From Blasia pusilla (Eukaryota), in contig CM114271.1 in NCBI GenBank assembly GCA_050084515.1, positions 6,944,001 to 7,008,000 on the forward strand: a stretch of 64,000 nucleotides of DNA, given 5' to 3'. The number at the start of each line of letters is the position of its first letter. Position 1 is the stretch's first letter. The notes under the pieces are model-generated. The model ran no database searches. It was not told the origin of the DNA and saw nothing but the letters and a program-made list of their open reading frames with translations. Shown here one piece after another: positions 48,836-62,799 of the stretch. The position numbers and the translations under genes are program-made.

Positions 48836-49708
48836 GTAGGGCCACTCACTGCCGGAGTTGGGAGGCACCCGAGAGTCGTAGCAACGGCCAATGCCCGTTT
48901 GAAGAAACGGGTACCTACACACGACTCCCGTTTCTGGGAACGACAATTTTTAGGGACGTCCGAACGAAATTTTGTCCTCTTTCGGACAATACCAATTTTT
49001 AAATTATTGTTTATAAAAAAAGTTATTATTATTATTCAATAAAGTCCATTCGTGTGGACTACACGGGAATTTCCTCCGTCCCTCGTATTTGTTCCCCGTC
49101 GGAAGGAAAGGAGTGGCCCTAGTAGGGCCACTCACTGGCCACTGAGTTGGGAGGCCCCCGGGAGTCGTGGCAACGGCGAATGCCCCTTTGAAGAGGCATT
49201 CGTCGCTGCCCCTAGGCAGCGGGTCTCCATAGCGTTGCAGCGTGCCCAGGCTAATGGGCTTTTGCGGGGGACTCAGGGTGTGGGAGACGCCGGCGCTAGA
49301 GGCTCACTTAGTAGTAGTCATAGCTCTCTTGTTGTTGCTGAAATTGTCTCTGCTGTTGGTGAGTTTCGTCGTTAGGGGGGAATGCCCCCTTCTTCCTTTT
49401 CTGGTCTTGTTGTGGCCTTCAGGTTTCAACTCTTTGAGTCCCCTTTTTGTACTTCCGATGGGTTTTCCATCACTCTTTTTATCGAAATGCATCTTTATTT
49501 GAAGAAACGTGTATATACAACACTTTTCCCGTTTTTTGGAACGACAATTTTGAAGGACGCCCGGAAGAGATTTTTGTCCTCTTCAGGACGATATTAAAAT
49601 TTTAAATTGTTGTTTATAAGAAATTATTATTCATTAAAATCCACTCGTGTGGACTACACGGGATTTCCTCCGTCCCCGTATTTGTTCCCCGTCGGGAGGA
49701 AATGAGTA
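48836..49708. repeat. Two diverged tandem copies of a ~280-bp unit (48836-49114; 49120-49708, the second interrupted)
   Basis: Both start TAGTAGGGCCACTCACTG and end TTGTTCCCCGTCGG.AGGAAA.GAGT. Confidence 0.88.
49195..49497 (+). mobile_element. 5'-truncated CRE-like insertion (303 bp)
   Basis: Encodes RQRVSIALQRAQA, the C-terminus shared with the other CRE copies; 8-bp TSD TTTGAAGA at 49187-49194 and 49498-49505. Confidence 0.85.
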
Positions 49709-50193
49709 ATACTCATTTACTACACAAATCATACCCGTATGGGGGCGGACACGCAACTGAAAGAAAATGAAAGAAACCGTCTGTCCTGCCCTCCTGTGGG
49801 CCTCCCTCCTCTCCAAATTCCCATCCGCCTGTGTTTACGAGAGTTCTTCTGTCTGGCTGCCAGCAGGTACCCCGTAAACAACCGCATCGATTTGAACTCC
49901 AGACTTTATGAGGGAATGAATGTGGGAGCCTCTCCCCCACAGCCACATTACTACTCCGTGCTCGCCAGGAAAGCAGGCGTCAGACCTGCACTCTGTGGAC
50001 TCAGTAGGGTCCTGTCTCTCCGTGTGACGCATGGAGTGAGGAGCGACAACATTCCTGAGCCGACCTTCGCATGGCGTGAGGGTAAACAGCTTTCTCGACG
50101 CGATCTCCGTCGACAGAGGAAGAGAAAGGCATAGCGGGAGAGAGAGAGAGGAGATCGGGAGAATTTCCTGGACTGCAGCCTGCGAGTACGAAG

Positions 50194-52406
50194 ATGAGGG
50201 TGGACGTGTTGTCCAGGAACGGCAGGGAAATCGTCAAGGGCGGCGTTGAAATCCATAACGATGTATGTTTCTCTGTGCGATTTTTTTCATTCTGTTTGAG
50301 CATGCTGTGTCTCGTCTGTCGTTTGGTTCAGTGTCTCCATCGGTGTGCGCAATGTGGCCATAGGAGGTGCAGAAACCAGTAGCTCCTGCCTGCTAGCTGT
50401 AGTGCTTGCCTGGATGGACCCTTTCGCGTAAATGGGGGAAGCATTGGTGGAAGTGAGGCTTCTTCGAGCGCCGCTGATCAGGGAAGAGGGAGCGATGCAC
50501 TTCGGAAGTTGTATCTTAGTCCTTCAGCAGGTCTTGAATTTTGCAATTGGTCCCCTGTGCGTCGTTGATGAGGGTACGAGAAGTATGCGGATAGAGATTT
50601 TTCGACGATTCTGGTCGAGCATTTCGTAGTCTTAAGTGCTCGATCCCATGATCCACCTTCCCTGCTGCACCCCACTCTGCTCTACCCTATACCCTAAAGC
50701 TTACCCGTTTCCTCAGTGAACTGCATTCCGTATGATGCCCTAGTGTTGCGATGAGCCGAGACATTTGTGCTCTTCAACCTCCAGGATCTATTTCGGGAGT
50801 TGCTATTCGAGAGCGTCACTCCGGGTTTAGCTTCCGTTGTCACCCTCCCTAATCTCATAGCACACAGTTGTGCGTTTTACTGTTGCGCGTGGGTTAGTAG
50901 CCCTAGAGGGAGTGAATGAGGTCTTTGATGGAGGATTGGTAATGATTCAACTTGGACTGGTGCATTTGGTCACCGTGAGTGCAATACACATATACATCCG
51001 GTAGTTCACAACTTACCCGTCGTTTTTATCCAGGCCACCGTGGAAGATCTCAAGGCGGCTATTCACAAGCAAGGTGGGTGGTCCTGTTTCTCGATTTCTT
51101 TTTCCACAAGTTTTTCGCGCAGGATTGGTATTGGAATTCGGAATTGCGCTTACACATGTCATTTCTTCCTCCCCAGGATGAAGCTTTCTTTTCCAAGGGT
51201 AGGCTTGGGCTGTAGCGCACCATGTTTGGAGTACGTTCATGTCGGTCATCTTCACCTGTCAGATTATCTAACAACGGTGACTCTGGTGTTTCGATTCAGC
51301 CCGGAAGTATTATCCAAGCAGACAACGTCTCACCCTGCCATTAGAGAATGACCAGGTGCGCCCCACGGTGCTGGAATCTGGCAAGAAACTGAAAGACTAC
51401 TTTGGGGAGGACCGAGGAAAGGTGCTCTTCAAGGACCTGGGTCCTCAGGTTGGCTATAAGACACTATTTTTCTTCGAGTATCTGGGTCCTCTTCTCATCT
51501 ACCCCATCTTTTATTTCTTCCCGGCTATATATACACTTTTCGGTCTGCCACTTCGGAAATCTGTGCATGTAGCTCAGACCTATGCACTTTATGCGTGGAC
51601 ATTCCACTATGCAAAGCGTATCTTGGAAACCTTTTTTGTTCACAGATTCAGTCATGCGACCTCCCCAATCAATAATGTGTACCGAAATTGTGCCTACTAC
51701 TGGAGCTTTGGCACCTTCATCGCATATTTTGTAAACCATCCTTTCTACACCCCAGTTGGTGAAATGCAAATGATGTTTGGATTCGGTTTATCAATAGTGG
51801 CTCAGCTATCAAACTTTTACACCCATATTATCTTGAAGAACCTCCGGGCCCCTGATGGAAAAGGTGGATACCAAATTCCGAGAGGTTTCCTCTTCAACTA
51901 TGTCACCTGTGCGAACTACACAACAGAGATCTATCAGTGGATTGGCTTCAACATTGCAACACAGACTTTAGCAGGGTACCTATTTCTGGCTGCTGCTGGT
52001 TATATTATGACCCAATGGGCTCTTGGCAAGCACAAACGGCTAAGAAAGGTAACCTTCTCAGCATTTCTCCTTTAATCCTTGCACTCTTATAAATGGAGTT
52101 CAGAACTTTCATAGCAAGGCCCATTGGCTTAGGATATTTTGTGGCCATCTAGCTGCATAGTTTTGAAGTTGAAAATTTCTTGGGGGTTATTCCATCCATT
52201 CAGTGTTTTGATAGGGGGAGATCAGAGATTTTGGTGTGTAGCCCCGATCTCCTTGAAAATTATTCAGAAAGGTTCAGTGAGTTGTGTCATTTGTTGCTCA
52301 TTTACTTCTTGCATTTACTGGTATGGAATGGTTGCAGATCTTCGACGGAAATCAGGGCCGAGTCAAATATCCAAGGCGATGGGTCATCTTTCCACCCTTT
52401 CTGTGA
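50194..52406 (+). CDS. ECR: Very-long-chain enoyl-CoA reductase (trans-2,3-enoyl-CoA reductase), 4 exons, 308 aa
   Basis: Exons 50194-50262, 51034-51073, 51300-52048, 52338-52406 with GT-AG introns join in frame (927 nt). Product [12 protein letters not shown]...YPSRQRLTL...[22 protein letters not shown]...HRFSHAT...VTCANYTTE...[13 protein letters not shown] matches plant ECR/CER10. Confidence 0.96.
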
Positions 52407-54746
52407 TAGCTTTATCAGGAAATTCCAAATAGATTGCTGGTTGGTGGTAGGTGGATCTTTAGTATTCCACTAGGAAGAACTCTGGGAACTATGTGCAACG
52501 AGTTCCTTTTTTCGTGCTGGAATCATGGTGGTCAAGTCAAGCGGGGAGGAAAAGTTTGCAGTATTTAGAGCAACAAAATTTGATGTGTCCTGAGGACATG
52601 TTGGTGCCCTCCTTTCATGCACTTGCCCATGTCTCATGATGGATTCTTTAGATGCATGGCAAGGAGTGGCTGCAGATATGGAAAGTTTATAATCTGGAAT
52701 CTTCTGGCCTCAAATTCACCCTAAGCGCCCATCTTTTGTTTTCGTGACGTGAGTTGATTAAGGAACTGCCAATCGTTTCTCTGATTTATTGGTGGAAAGT
52801 GAAATTTGTTTTGGGAAATGGCCTGTGTATGTGAGGAGGCATCAGACCAAATACATCGTCTGTGAGAAAGTATTTGGTGGGATGCCTGAAAGAAACAAAC
52901 GTACCAGCAAGTATTGGTGAAATGTTCGATGGAAATGGAATGTGATAACACTCCAATTATTTATGTCTGTAAAGTACATTACATTCTAAGGAAAGAAACG
53001 AATCGCGGTTTTCAACAATCAATATGGACAAACTGAGACTGGTCCCCATCTAAACGATTGAAGAGTACACGGGTTTGTGTCTAACAGGTCTTACAGAAGG
53101 GGTAAGGCTACTAGTAATGTGTAGTCTTCTTGATAACGGTCACAAAATCGGATTTTTGTGAGGTTTGTTTATTGATGTATTTGTCAGTTGAAATCCTCGA
53201 GCTCCGTGATTTCCTTCCATTTCATACTAAGTACGAATGCTAAAGACGAATGACGGAAAGTCGGTGGTACAAGAGTGCAGTGCCCTCTTAGAAACCTTGG
53301 GATCAACGACAGTGAAAACTTGACAACTCCCTACTTTCATTGCCATCTAACCAAGCAATATATCGAACATTATGTCCCACCGTGAACACCAAGGGAGCTG
53401 GGTTCGGGGAGTTTTTCTTTAGATCAGGCATATTTTCGGTGTTTGATAGTCCGTACCAAAGGCGACTTCTACTCTCAAGTGTTGATACGAAGCATTCCCA
53501 GGTTCCTCATCAATCTCATGGGCTTAAAGATTCTGAACAACACTTGAGAAGAATGAACCAGTGTCGTAGAACGCAGAGGTGCGGTGAAACGAGTCGGAAA
53601 GTGGCGAGGGAGAAATCTTTCTCGTGTTGAAGTTTTCAAAGAACCCACTTTGTTAACGCTACTCGAAGTGTTCCCCTCTCCACTCCAGGGACGAAGAAAT
53701 TTCTCGAGCATTCCAAAGTACGAGTAGTAAAACCTGATGCGCATAAGACATTTCATGATTATCTTGAAAGTATAATCCCGAACGCCATTACTTGGAACTA
53801 CTGCTCGCTATTTATAAACGACGAGAATTCGCGATTGGAGCAGACGCCTAAATATCTGTGTTACCTCATGTCATTTGTGTCAAATTGTCCCGGTTCCTAG
53901 TTAAATTTGGAGTCACCCACATAGATTGCTCTGTTGAAAACTTAATCAAACTGTCGTATTTTCATCACTGAGGAGGCCCAGAGATATTCAAGGTCCTAAA
54001 CGGATGCTATGAGGTGATTACAATTTTTATGTCTTGATGGAACTTACTGGGGAGGGAGCAGGAAGGCCGGCTCCAATTTCTCTCGTCTATGGAAGAAAAG
54101 AAAACGTGATGCGAGTTTAGGAGGAAAACTCACTCCCAACTCCAAAAGGCTTTTATGCGAAGGACGCAAGGACAATTCGCTCAACTGCTGAAGGCTTGTG
54201 TGAAGGACAGAAGGAGAACTCACTCAACTTCTGAGCCAAGTCAAAAACTTCAAACTTTGGTTAAACAAGAGAGGGGGAGAGAAAAAAACGGACCCAAGTG
54301 TATAGAAGTCCTATTGTATGGCCGAGAAAATATGACTCCAGTTTCAGCTGGAAAGATCGACACACATGGACGGGGGAAAAACGTAGACACACGCATGAAA
54401 CGCCGTCGAGGCAAACGGGAGCAGCAGCAAACGTCAGGCCATTCCAAACCAGAAGATGTAAACGCACGAGCTTTTCTCCGAGCACTTTGGGAGGGCTACC
54501 TGAGCTGCATAAGAGCGGGAAGTGCGACGTGAAAAACGAGGTTTGATAAGTTCTGGACTTGCCATTAGCAAATGATCTTCTTATGATACAACGGGTTCTC
54601 CGCGTTACCTCTGTGGGTATATATATATATATATCTGTTGACATCGGAGTCTGGTAATATTTAATGTCGCGGCAAGTCTACGTAAATAGCGCATGGTAGC
54701 CAAATATAACACAAATCCCCTTCACTTGAGGATCATAAGCATCATC

Positions 54747-56361
54747 TCACTGACTGAGAGCACTGGTGTTGTAGACCAGCAAAGCCCCACCGAGTAGTAT
54801 GGCGCTGAGTGTCACCGCCCAAAGGGTAAGACCAGCTTGTCCTGCAATTGAGACGCCCCACGCACAAAGTAGGTTACAATCGGGAAGCTCTACAATCCCC
54901 TCATGGGAAAAAGGCTCTGATCGATTTTGAGATCCGTCTAGGCGAGGACTGCGAGATGAGGATCTCCAAGAACTACGCGAATGAAATGACTTGCTTCGAT
55001 TGAGAAACAGGTACGAAGCGAGAGCCAGCAATGGCCTCCGGCGGAGTGAAATCAAACAGCGTCAGTGTCATTCACCTGGAGTATATACATCGCCTGATGC
55101 GGACCACTCCTCCGGCGCGTAAATGGGACTGCACAACAAAGATGCACAGATCGGTGACCTCCATGACACATTCTGTGTCGACTGGATGGCAAACATCATA
55201 TGAGAAATACGCAACCTCTCATTTCCTAAGCTCCACTTTTGACAGAGAAGCTCACTAAAGAGAGAATAGTTTCTTGGCACTAATTTCCGGTGGGATGGAA
55301 GATATCAGAGACAACATGCTCGCATTGAAATCCACATCGCTGGTGCTCGATACGATTAACGTGGGGGCAGTGAACCAGTCAAAGATCCCCTCCCAGAGCT
55401 CGCATGAAATCCCGCCTTCATAACATGCGGAATCTCGAGAACGAAAGCGGTACAATACGTACGACGCATGTAATTCATCTGCGTTGCTGAATAACGAAGG
55501 AAACAAACAGTTCTGCATATGAATACCTGTAGCCATCCACGTTAGCTCCGTACTTCTTGCCGAATTGATAAACTCCCTTCCCCTGCGAACACAGATTATT
55601 TTCGTTTCCCAACAGCACGTCGATCGTAGTCAAATGGACTTTCAAAATTTGCTATCCTTCTACTTCAAAAGTACAAGGTCCAAAGTCCAACCCGGCTCCT
55701 ACCATGTTCCTACGGAAAGTCGATCACTAGTGGAAAACACACAGTCAAAGGACTCTCAAGCGATCCCTCGATGGCGATCAGCCATCGAAACAGGTTGCAT
55801 CGCTATTCTGTGTACCTTGGATTTCCTGCCCGACGCGTCTAACCCGTCTTTGAACTTCAGATCCTTGCACGGCCCTGCGAAGCTCCATCGAGCACGTTTG
55901 GTACACAGAGAGTGAGATGCCTAGCTTGGTAGCTTCGTGGCATGGCTGAACTTCTCCTACCTCAGGATAGATCGCTGACAGAAACGAACATCTTCACTCC
56001 AAATTTAGAAAACCAGAGAAATTCGTGAAGATTACAGCTGCAGATCGACTGTACAGTGCCGCACTAGTTGACGACTTGGACCTTTCCGTCTTCAAGAATG
56101 CTCAAATTGAAAACAAAACATCGCCATCTTCGTGATCGCGGAAACTACTGGGACGGAGGGTATACCGTAAGGCTCTTTGACGTTCAGCTTTTTCCCACCG
56201 CTAGCGACCACTTGGAGCGCGCCGGTGTTGATAGTCGAGGAATACTTCAGAGCCGGCAATCCCTGAACAGCACTTCCTGACAGTTGAGATTTGCCAGAGG
56301 ACAAACCTCGCGATGATATTGCAGACAATACTGACGAGGTATGTGCCGTTGCAGCAGCCAT
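54747..56361 (-). CDS. psbR: Photosystem II 10 kDa polypeptide PsbR precursor, 5 exons, 152 aa
   Basis: Exons 56361-56166, 55874-55816, 55582-55527, 55128-55076, 54841-54747, all GT-AG, 459 nt in frame. Transit peptide, then VVASGGKK...[58 protein letters not shown]. Confidence 0.97.
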
Positions 56362-59271
56362 TGCGCTCGAACGCGATCAACGGACGATGTGCCAACGACT
56401 CGTTTTGTATGCTTGCAGCCTTCAATTGCTCGTGCTCCTTCGGAAACACTCAGTTTGCAGGATCGCCGACGAGAGGATTTCTTATATTGTAGAACTCCCA
56501 ACTAAAGTGCTTTGGAAATGCAAATACCGCTTCGAGCAAGAGAATCGACCTTCTGGAAACTTCTCTCCACTCTTCCGGTTACCGCATGGTTTCCTTGTTG
56601 GAATTGGAATCTGAAACCAAACGATGCGCACCCACTGTCTGGCATACCATCTCCGTACTTGCGTCGTTACTCTTTTCCATTTTTGCCGTCTCGATTCTCC
56701 TGTAAGTAAACCTGAATAGATCCCGAATAACTACTTTTCTGTCACTAACTCTGTATAGATCTAGTTTAACTGATGTGCTTCTTTCTGTCACTCACCGGCA
56801 CCCAGACATCTTGTGCCACGGACTCCTTCTGTCACCACAGTAACTCGCGAGAGATCCTGTGTCATTTCTTATGGCTGTTACTGTACTTACATGAACCGTA
56901 GGTCTTATCACTCACCCTTCACGATTCATGATGATTGTGAGTAGACAGAGTAGGGTTAAGTAGGATGAATAGGGTGATTCCGTGTGGTGCAGGCTTCTGA
57001 GATTCATCTTCATCCGTCATCTATTCGTCGCCCTAGATCGATGCGATAAGAGCGACCAATAGTATGAGGCGATTCCATGTGGTGAGGTCTCCTGGCCGTT
57101 GTTCGTCTCGGACAAGGCAACTCTGTTGTGGTACTGACACCGCAATGACAAGTGATCGTGCAGCGATTCTCGTGTAATCGCCCGTCTCGAATCGGAGTGA
57201 GAGCCTACGGGGCTCACAGATTCATATTTGACGCGGCGCGCTATCGGGCGCCGGCAAACGAGAGATTGCGAAGCATCGGGTAGCATTCCGAGACCGTGTG
57301 CACATATGTGAAGGTGCATTTGGAGAAATTGGTGCGCACGAAGATGCTGGAGGACGGGCAAGTGAACTTGTTCTCTTCCGAGTCTAAAATCATCGTGAAC
57401 TCGATCCTGATTGCCTCTCCACACGTGGCTTCTAAACTTGCTTGCGTAGCGCACTACGTCACAAGAAGCCAGATATTGGTGCGACATTTGGAGTGCACAT
57501 CCGGATTGGTTTCTCTTTGGTGTGGTGGATTCACAGGACTGTTGCTTGATGTGCTCCTAATCACCAATAGAAGTTGCGAGGGGGAGATTTGAGCCATGTC
57601 GGAAAACAATCCAATAAATTCATCCGTTAGCGTACTCTACTATGCTTTCCGTGTCCTACTCTCCCAGAGCACGCCATTGACGGAAATAAGCGTTGTCCTC
57701 ATTGGTCCGAAATCAAACGCTGGCTACATCCGGATCTTCACACTTGGAACGAAACTATGACGATCAATAATTATCCAAGTCAACACCATTCCGCGGAAGA
57801 TTCTAGACCTACCTCATGCCACCTAATTTGATCCCGCCAATCTCGCTGCAGAAATCTGATGCACGCAGTCCAATCGGACACTCCATCTCTCATCCACTGC
57901 CAGTCGATGCGCAAGAATCTCAATCAATATATTATAACCCTTTCCATACGATCGCTCACCTCTTCGACATCGCATCGCCTCTCATCGCTCCTGTTCAGCA
58001 CGGAAAAATTTCACGCCTTCAACTCACAAATACTCAGCTGTATTCGTCCCCCACTTCCACTGTACGAGAATGACGAGAGAGTCTCCCTTCCCTACAATCA
58101 ATCACGCGGTGCGTGCTTCGCTTCGATCTGGAATCTGGTATCTACAGACCGTGAAGCGAAGCGAGGTCCGCGCGGTATTGAGACGCGGAAGGCGGTTTTG
58201 GACACGTGAAGGCTGGGCATGCAAGCCAATCGAGCCGGATACTGCCTACGCATGCTTCGACATCGCTGCCGCCACGTCAGCCTTCGGCCCACGCCGTCAG
58301 CTGAATATATATAGAGGAGAGATCTCGTTGGAAAGTTGTTACTTTGCCCCGCAAGTATATTTCTTAAGCACTTTTCGTGCTTCCCGACAACTCAGGCGAG
58401 ACCCGAATACGAGTGCCATTCCCTCTTCTCGCCATCGCGATGCGCAAAGAACAAGCTCTGGTTATCTCGTGCGTCAGTTACCGTCATTCTCTCGTTCGAC
58501 TTCAAGATATAGTCCCTACATATATTCGAACGTCGAAACTTGGCTCAACCAAAAATACCTCAACCGTTTTCTTGAAAAGCGGATTTGATGGTACATATAC
58601 ACGACATCGGCACACGCTAATAATCAGATTCACTTTGGAAACTCTCAAGTTCGGAATATATGTGACGAGGATTTATAATCATGGACGGAATCTATGAATG
58701 CGATAACCATAAATTAAGGTGCAAATAAAACATGGTATAATTATAATAATGATAATCACATATTAATCAACATGAGGCATGGCTCCGGTATTGGCAAATA
58801 TAGTATTTTTAAGGCATCCTTTTCGTGAATCCCTACCATGCATGATTGAGCTCTTCTACCATGAATAAATAGAATTCTCAATGAGTATTCAAATTGGAAC
58901 TTTCAATTATGAGAACTTACTTGTTTTTTTTTTCTATAAAAAGTCAGGTAATAAATGCAACGCCAAAAAGAAAATTTTTTTACTCTACGAATGGAAATTG
59001 TCATGAGAAGAAAATCAACTCCAATTATGATAAATAACTTCATCAAAATAACACTTTTCACAAAATGAATCAATTCAAGAGATCCTAAGATCGAAAGGTA
59101 AAGCATCTTCTTCAAGAATAAGGAAGGAGTAAATTTTAATTATATTAAAAGATCTATATTGTTAAGAGAGGAGCGATTCCTCTCTTGGTGACATGTTTAA
59201 ACTATTTGTCATCCCTTTGAGTAAAAAAATGAAAAGTTGTTGCCCATTGTCTTATAAATATCCAAGCAGCT

Positions 59272-60215
59272 TGTCGTGTGCATACTCCCTTGAACATTGA
59301 TCTTATTTGTCGCAAAAGCTTGAGTTTAGTAGATGCCTCTTTCCTTACTAACCTACACCCAAACACCCTCATATTAGCCATGGTTTGGGTCAACCATCCT
59401 TACGTCTCTCGAATCTTGGTCTTAGGCCATTCTTCACGCTCAACCAATCTAGACGGGATCAAACAACGACCTTAACCACTCACTTCCCAACACATGCAAG
59501 TCCTTGATGATCTAGAAATATTAAATAGCGCTAGCACGCCTCATGGTCCCTATTGCCTAATGGACCTCGGATGAGTCTCTTACCCTGAATGACGGATCAA
59601 GGTCCAAGGTTGGTATCCATAGCTCGCCCGCTTGGATTTGGCTTGGTGTCCAAACTCTAAAGCAAATTTCTCAATCCATCTCGTGCCTTTGGTTCACCCC
59701 CATGGTTCCCAAGACGGGGTTGAAGTTCCAAACACACTTGAAGACCCTCCCCCTTATATATAGTTCTAGAGATCCCCACCCCCTCCTTACCTTTAGGAAA
59801 GTCCTCTTCTTGTGGCCTTCAACCCAACTATCATTATTATAATCTGGATAGGTTTTAAATCTTTCCTCCTAAATTTTTCTAGATTTATAGTGTATTGGAA
59901 TCAAAATCTTACAAGCTTTCCAATGCCACCTTACTCATCCCAAATGCATCTTGGGTCTAGCCGTTATGACCTCAAACATGGAGAACTTCCAAACTCTCAA
60001 TAAAGTTCCAAGCGAGGTTGTAATCCACTTGGCGCCCAACTCTCGTGGGGCTTGAGCTCTTATCAAGTCGCACTTGATGTTTGGTCTTGTTGTGCTTCAT
60101 TACTTGAGATGCCCATCAAGGCTCATGTCTCATTTTTGCAAGTCATGTCTCTTCATGAGATTCCAACACACTTTCTTCCTAGTGCGAGCCCACTAGAATT
60201 TTGATGTTCTACATC
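59272..60215 (-). mobile_element. Degenerate solo-LTR-like sequence of the 27769/30385 type
   Basis: Starts TGTCGTGTGCATACTCCCTTGAAC (compare 27769); ends near CCTAGTGCGAGCCCACTAGA (compare ~33965). The right terminus and a TSD were not found. Confidence 0.55.
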
Positions 60216-60880
60216 GGTGGAAGCAAAAAAAAAGAATATGCACTATATTTGGATTTGGAATGGGGTTAAATTTCTAGAAAGAAAGTAATATTGACATTAC
60301 CATAGAAGTCCCTTTTTTTTCCTTCGTAGGTTTAATATTTTTATAATCACATGATATTTCCGCGTACATTTTTCTGTATGGTCAAGCATTGTGATTTATG
60401 ATGTTATTTCATGATACATTGCACGTGTGTTCGTGTACTAGTGATGAAGAATCCAAGATCCTCATTGACATACTATCCCTATCTCTCTCGCAAGGCATAC
60501 ACTTCACCCATGCAAAACACACACCCAAATCACTTTCCACTTAATGATACCAATTTTGAAGTGACTTTCATCATTTTCACATTCACCGAATTCATCACCC
60601 TGAAACGTATGTAAATGACTTTTCAAGCAAGGGGAAAACCTCCAAAATTTTCAATAATACTCCATACCAATTATAAACCTTCATGATTTATAGTCGACAT
60701 GGAAGGAACATTAAAAAAGAGAGTAGAAATATGCATATGCTACGCATGAGCATCTTACTTGGGATGCCAAACTGGGTGCCGTGTTAAACCCTCACCATAT
60801 AATTAAAAATGTTAGAACTATAAACATGGGGGAACATGTTACAAACTTCTGTTGGTCAAAATTTTCTTCCACATCTCAAA

Positions 60881-61385
60881 TCTATACTATTATGGGAGAA
60901 GGCGTTCTTAGAAGTGCAACCAGCCAGGCTTTTGCCACGTGGACTTTTTGCCAAATGAGGAGATCAACAAATTGGCTTATGATGCCTGTTTTCTCATAGC
61001 CGTTGGATGGTGCATTTTAGGGTTTAGGGTTATCCGCCGCTTGAGGCTCTAACCATTTTTTTGCGAGTTTTCAAATTTTCGTCCTTATGACAATTACGAC
61101 ATTAGGGAGAAGGAACGTCTGTTGATTTAAATGACCTCTAACTTAGTGAAAAGTTGGCAAGAGGGATCAAGACGATGCGTTCAGGTTTCAAACCTATTAG
61201 GAGCATTTTATTCATTGCTTCACAGAGATTAGAACGTCCCAATGTGCTCTCGACAATCAGGTGACGTCAGTCAATTTACTTGCGTTCTTTTCACAAATCG
61301 TTGAGGCGTGCATTCTGAGGTTTACTATTATTGGTATGAATAGACTATTACAAGTAATGCAATAGATTCCGAACTCTACCTCTAG
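60881..61385 (+). mobile_element. Possible non-autonomous Helitron
   Basis: A|TCTATACTATTATGGGAGAA start shared with 44579; CTAG at 61382-61385 is only a tentative end. Confidence 0.35.
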
Positions 61386-61448
61386 CAATACACACAATAA
61401 AATTCTAATGTTTGTATGCTTCCTACAATCCAAGTAGTGCTACATCGA

Positions 61449-61862
61449 CTTCAGGTTCTGATTCGACTCTTGCTGTCTCCTCCCGATTCAGCAAGACCAA
61501 CTTTGAGCCCAGCTCCGACTCCATCTACAGCTCTTGCTATGACTTCGGCTGCAGCTCTAGCGGCTCCCAAGCACAGTTACTACTCGACTCAGCTCCAACT
61601 CTGTCTCCCGCTCCACCTCCGACCGCAGCCCTAGCACGCTCTCTACTCGGCTTCAGGTTCTGATTCGACTTGCTATCTCCTCTGGATTCAGCAGATCCAA
61701 CTTTGAGCCCAGCTCCCACTCCATCTATTGCTCCTGCTCCAGCTCCGGATACAGCTCTAGCAGCTCCTGAGCACGGTTACTACTTGACTCAACTCCACCT
61801 CTGTCTCCCGCTCCACCTCCGACCGCAACTCCAGTTGCTCCCTAGCACGCTCTCTACTCGGC
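61449..61862 (+). repeat. Tandem duplication of a ~205-bp unit
   Basis: CTTCAGGTTCTGATTCGACT at 61449 and 61651; both units end CCTAGCACGCTCTCTACTCGGCT. Confidence 0.88.
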
Positions 61863-62799
61863 TCGGCTCTAGCCCCCGCGGCTCTAGCTCCCGCGGCTCC
61901 TTAGCACGGCTCTCAGACCTGCGCCATTCTGGACAGAGGTGCAAAATGAAATACAACCAACTAAACCTGGCAACCAGTGTCACAACACGCAAGTCAACAC
62001 AAGGGAAGGAGAAGAGTGTGTCTAAGGCAACTTCATCCAAAAAGCATTATGGTGTAAAGTCACTTGATGTTGAACCATTGGAAAGCTCCAAGTGGTCCTC
62101 CATATTTGGAAAGGAAGTCATGCGCTTGAGTAAGTGGAAAAAGTCTCACTTTCCTAGCAGTCATTGGGGAGAGAGATTCACTCCCAAACATGCTCCAGGC
62201 TTCGAAGGTGGGGTAAAGGATTTCTTTCCTGCTGGAGCACACCTTGTGTTGTCAGACAAAGGGTATTATCCTGAACCAATTGAAGGTTTGGGAAACGACA
62301 TTTTTATTGAAGTCCAAGGGACGCCCCCATATCAACTTAGAAGGACTAGTAACGAGAGGGTCAACATGAATGAGAGGGGATCTGCAAAGAAACGGCAGAG
62401 ATCTCCGAACCTCAATGTAAAACAACATCACTTGCAATCTCATAGGACATCCCCTATTCAGGTAGATAGACCTACTACATGCCTCTTAGAACCACAGGAG
62501 ATGAACAAGTCACCTCACAGAGCACCAACTGGAAAGAGTGTGGTAGTTAATATATAGATTTGGAGATGAGCTTCGTAGCTAGGAGAGAAAGAGTTTGCAG
62601 ATGAATCATCTATAGCAAATGACACATGTAATGCTATCTTTGAGAAGCGAGCAATTTATGGAAGTTGTGGTATCCCGTGTATGAATTTCTGTTACAAGAC
62701 TCTCCCTCCCTTGCTATCTCTCCTAAACTCAAGTACTATTGACTATGACAAATGTCTCTAACGGAGACATTTTTGAAGGGTGGCCGGATTGGTAGAAGT

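Noticed and set aside
51356-52075. 239-aa ORF as a standalone gene
   Set aside because: It is exon 3 of ECR read into the following intron.
57017-58697. ORFs upstream of psbR (57017-57487, 57296-57592, 58070-58588)
   Set aside because: No recognisable homology or consistent exon structure.
61016-61031. TTTAGGGTTTAGGGTT telomere-like motif
   Set aside because: Only two units; too short to call an interstitial telomere.
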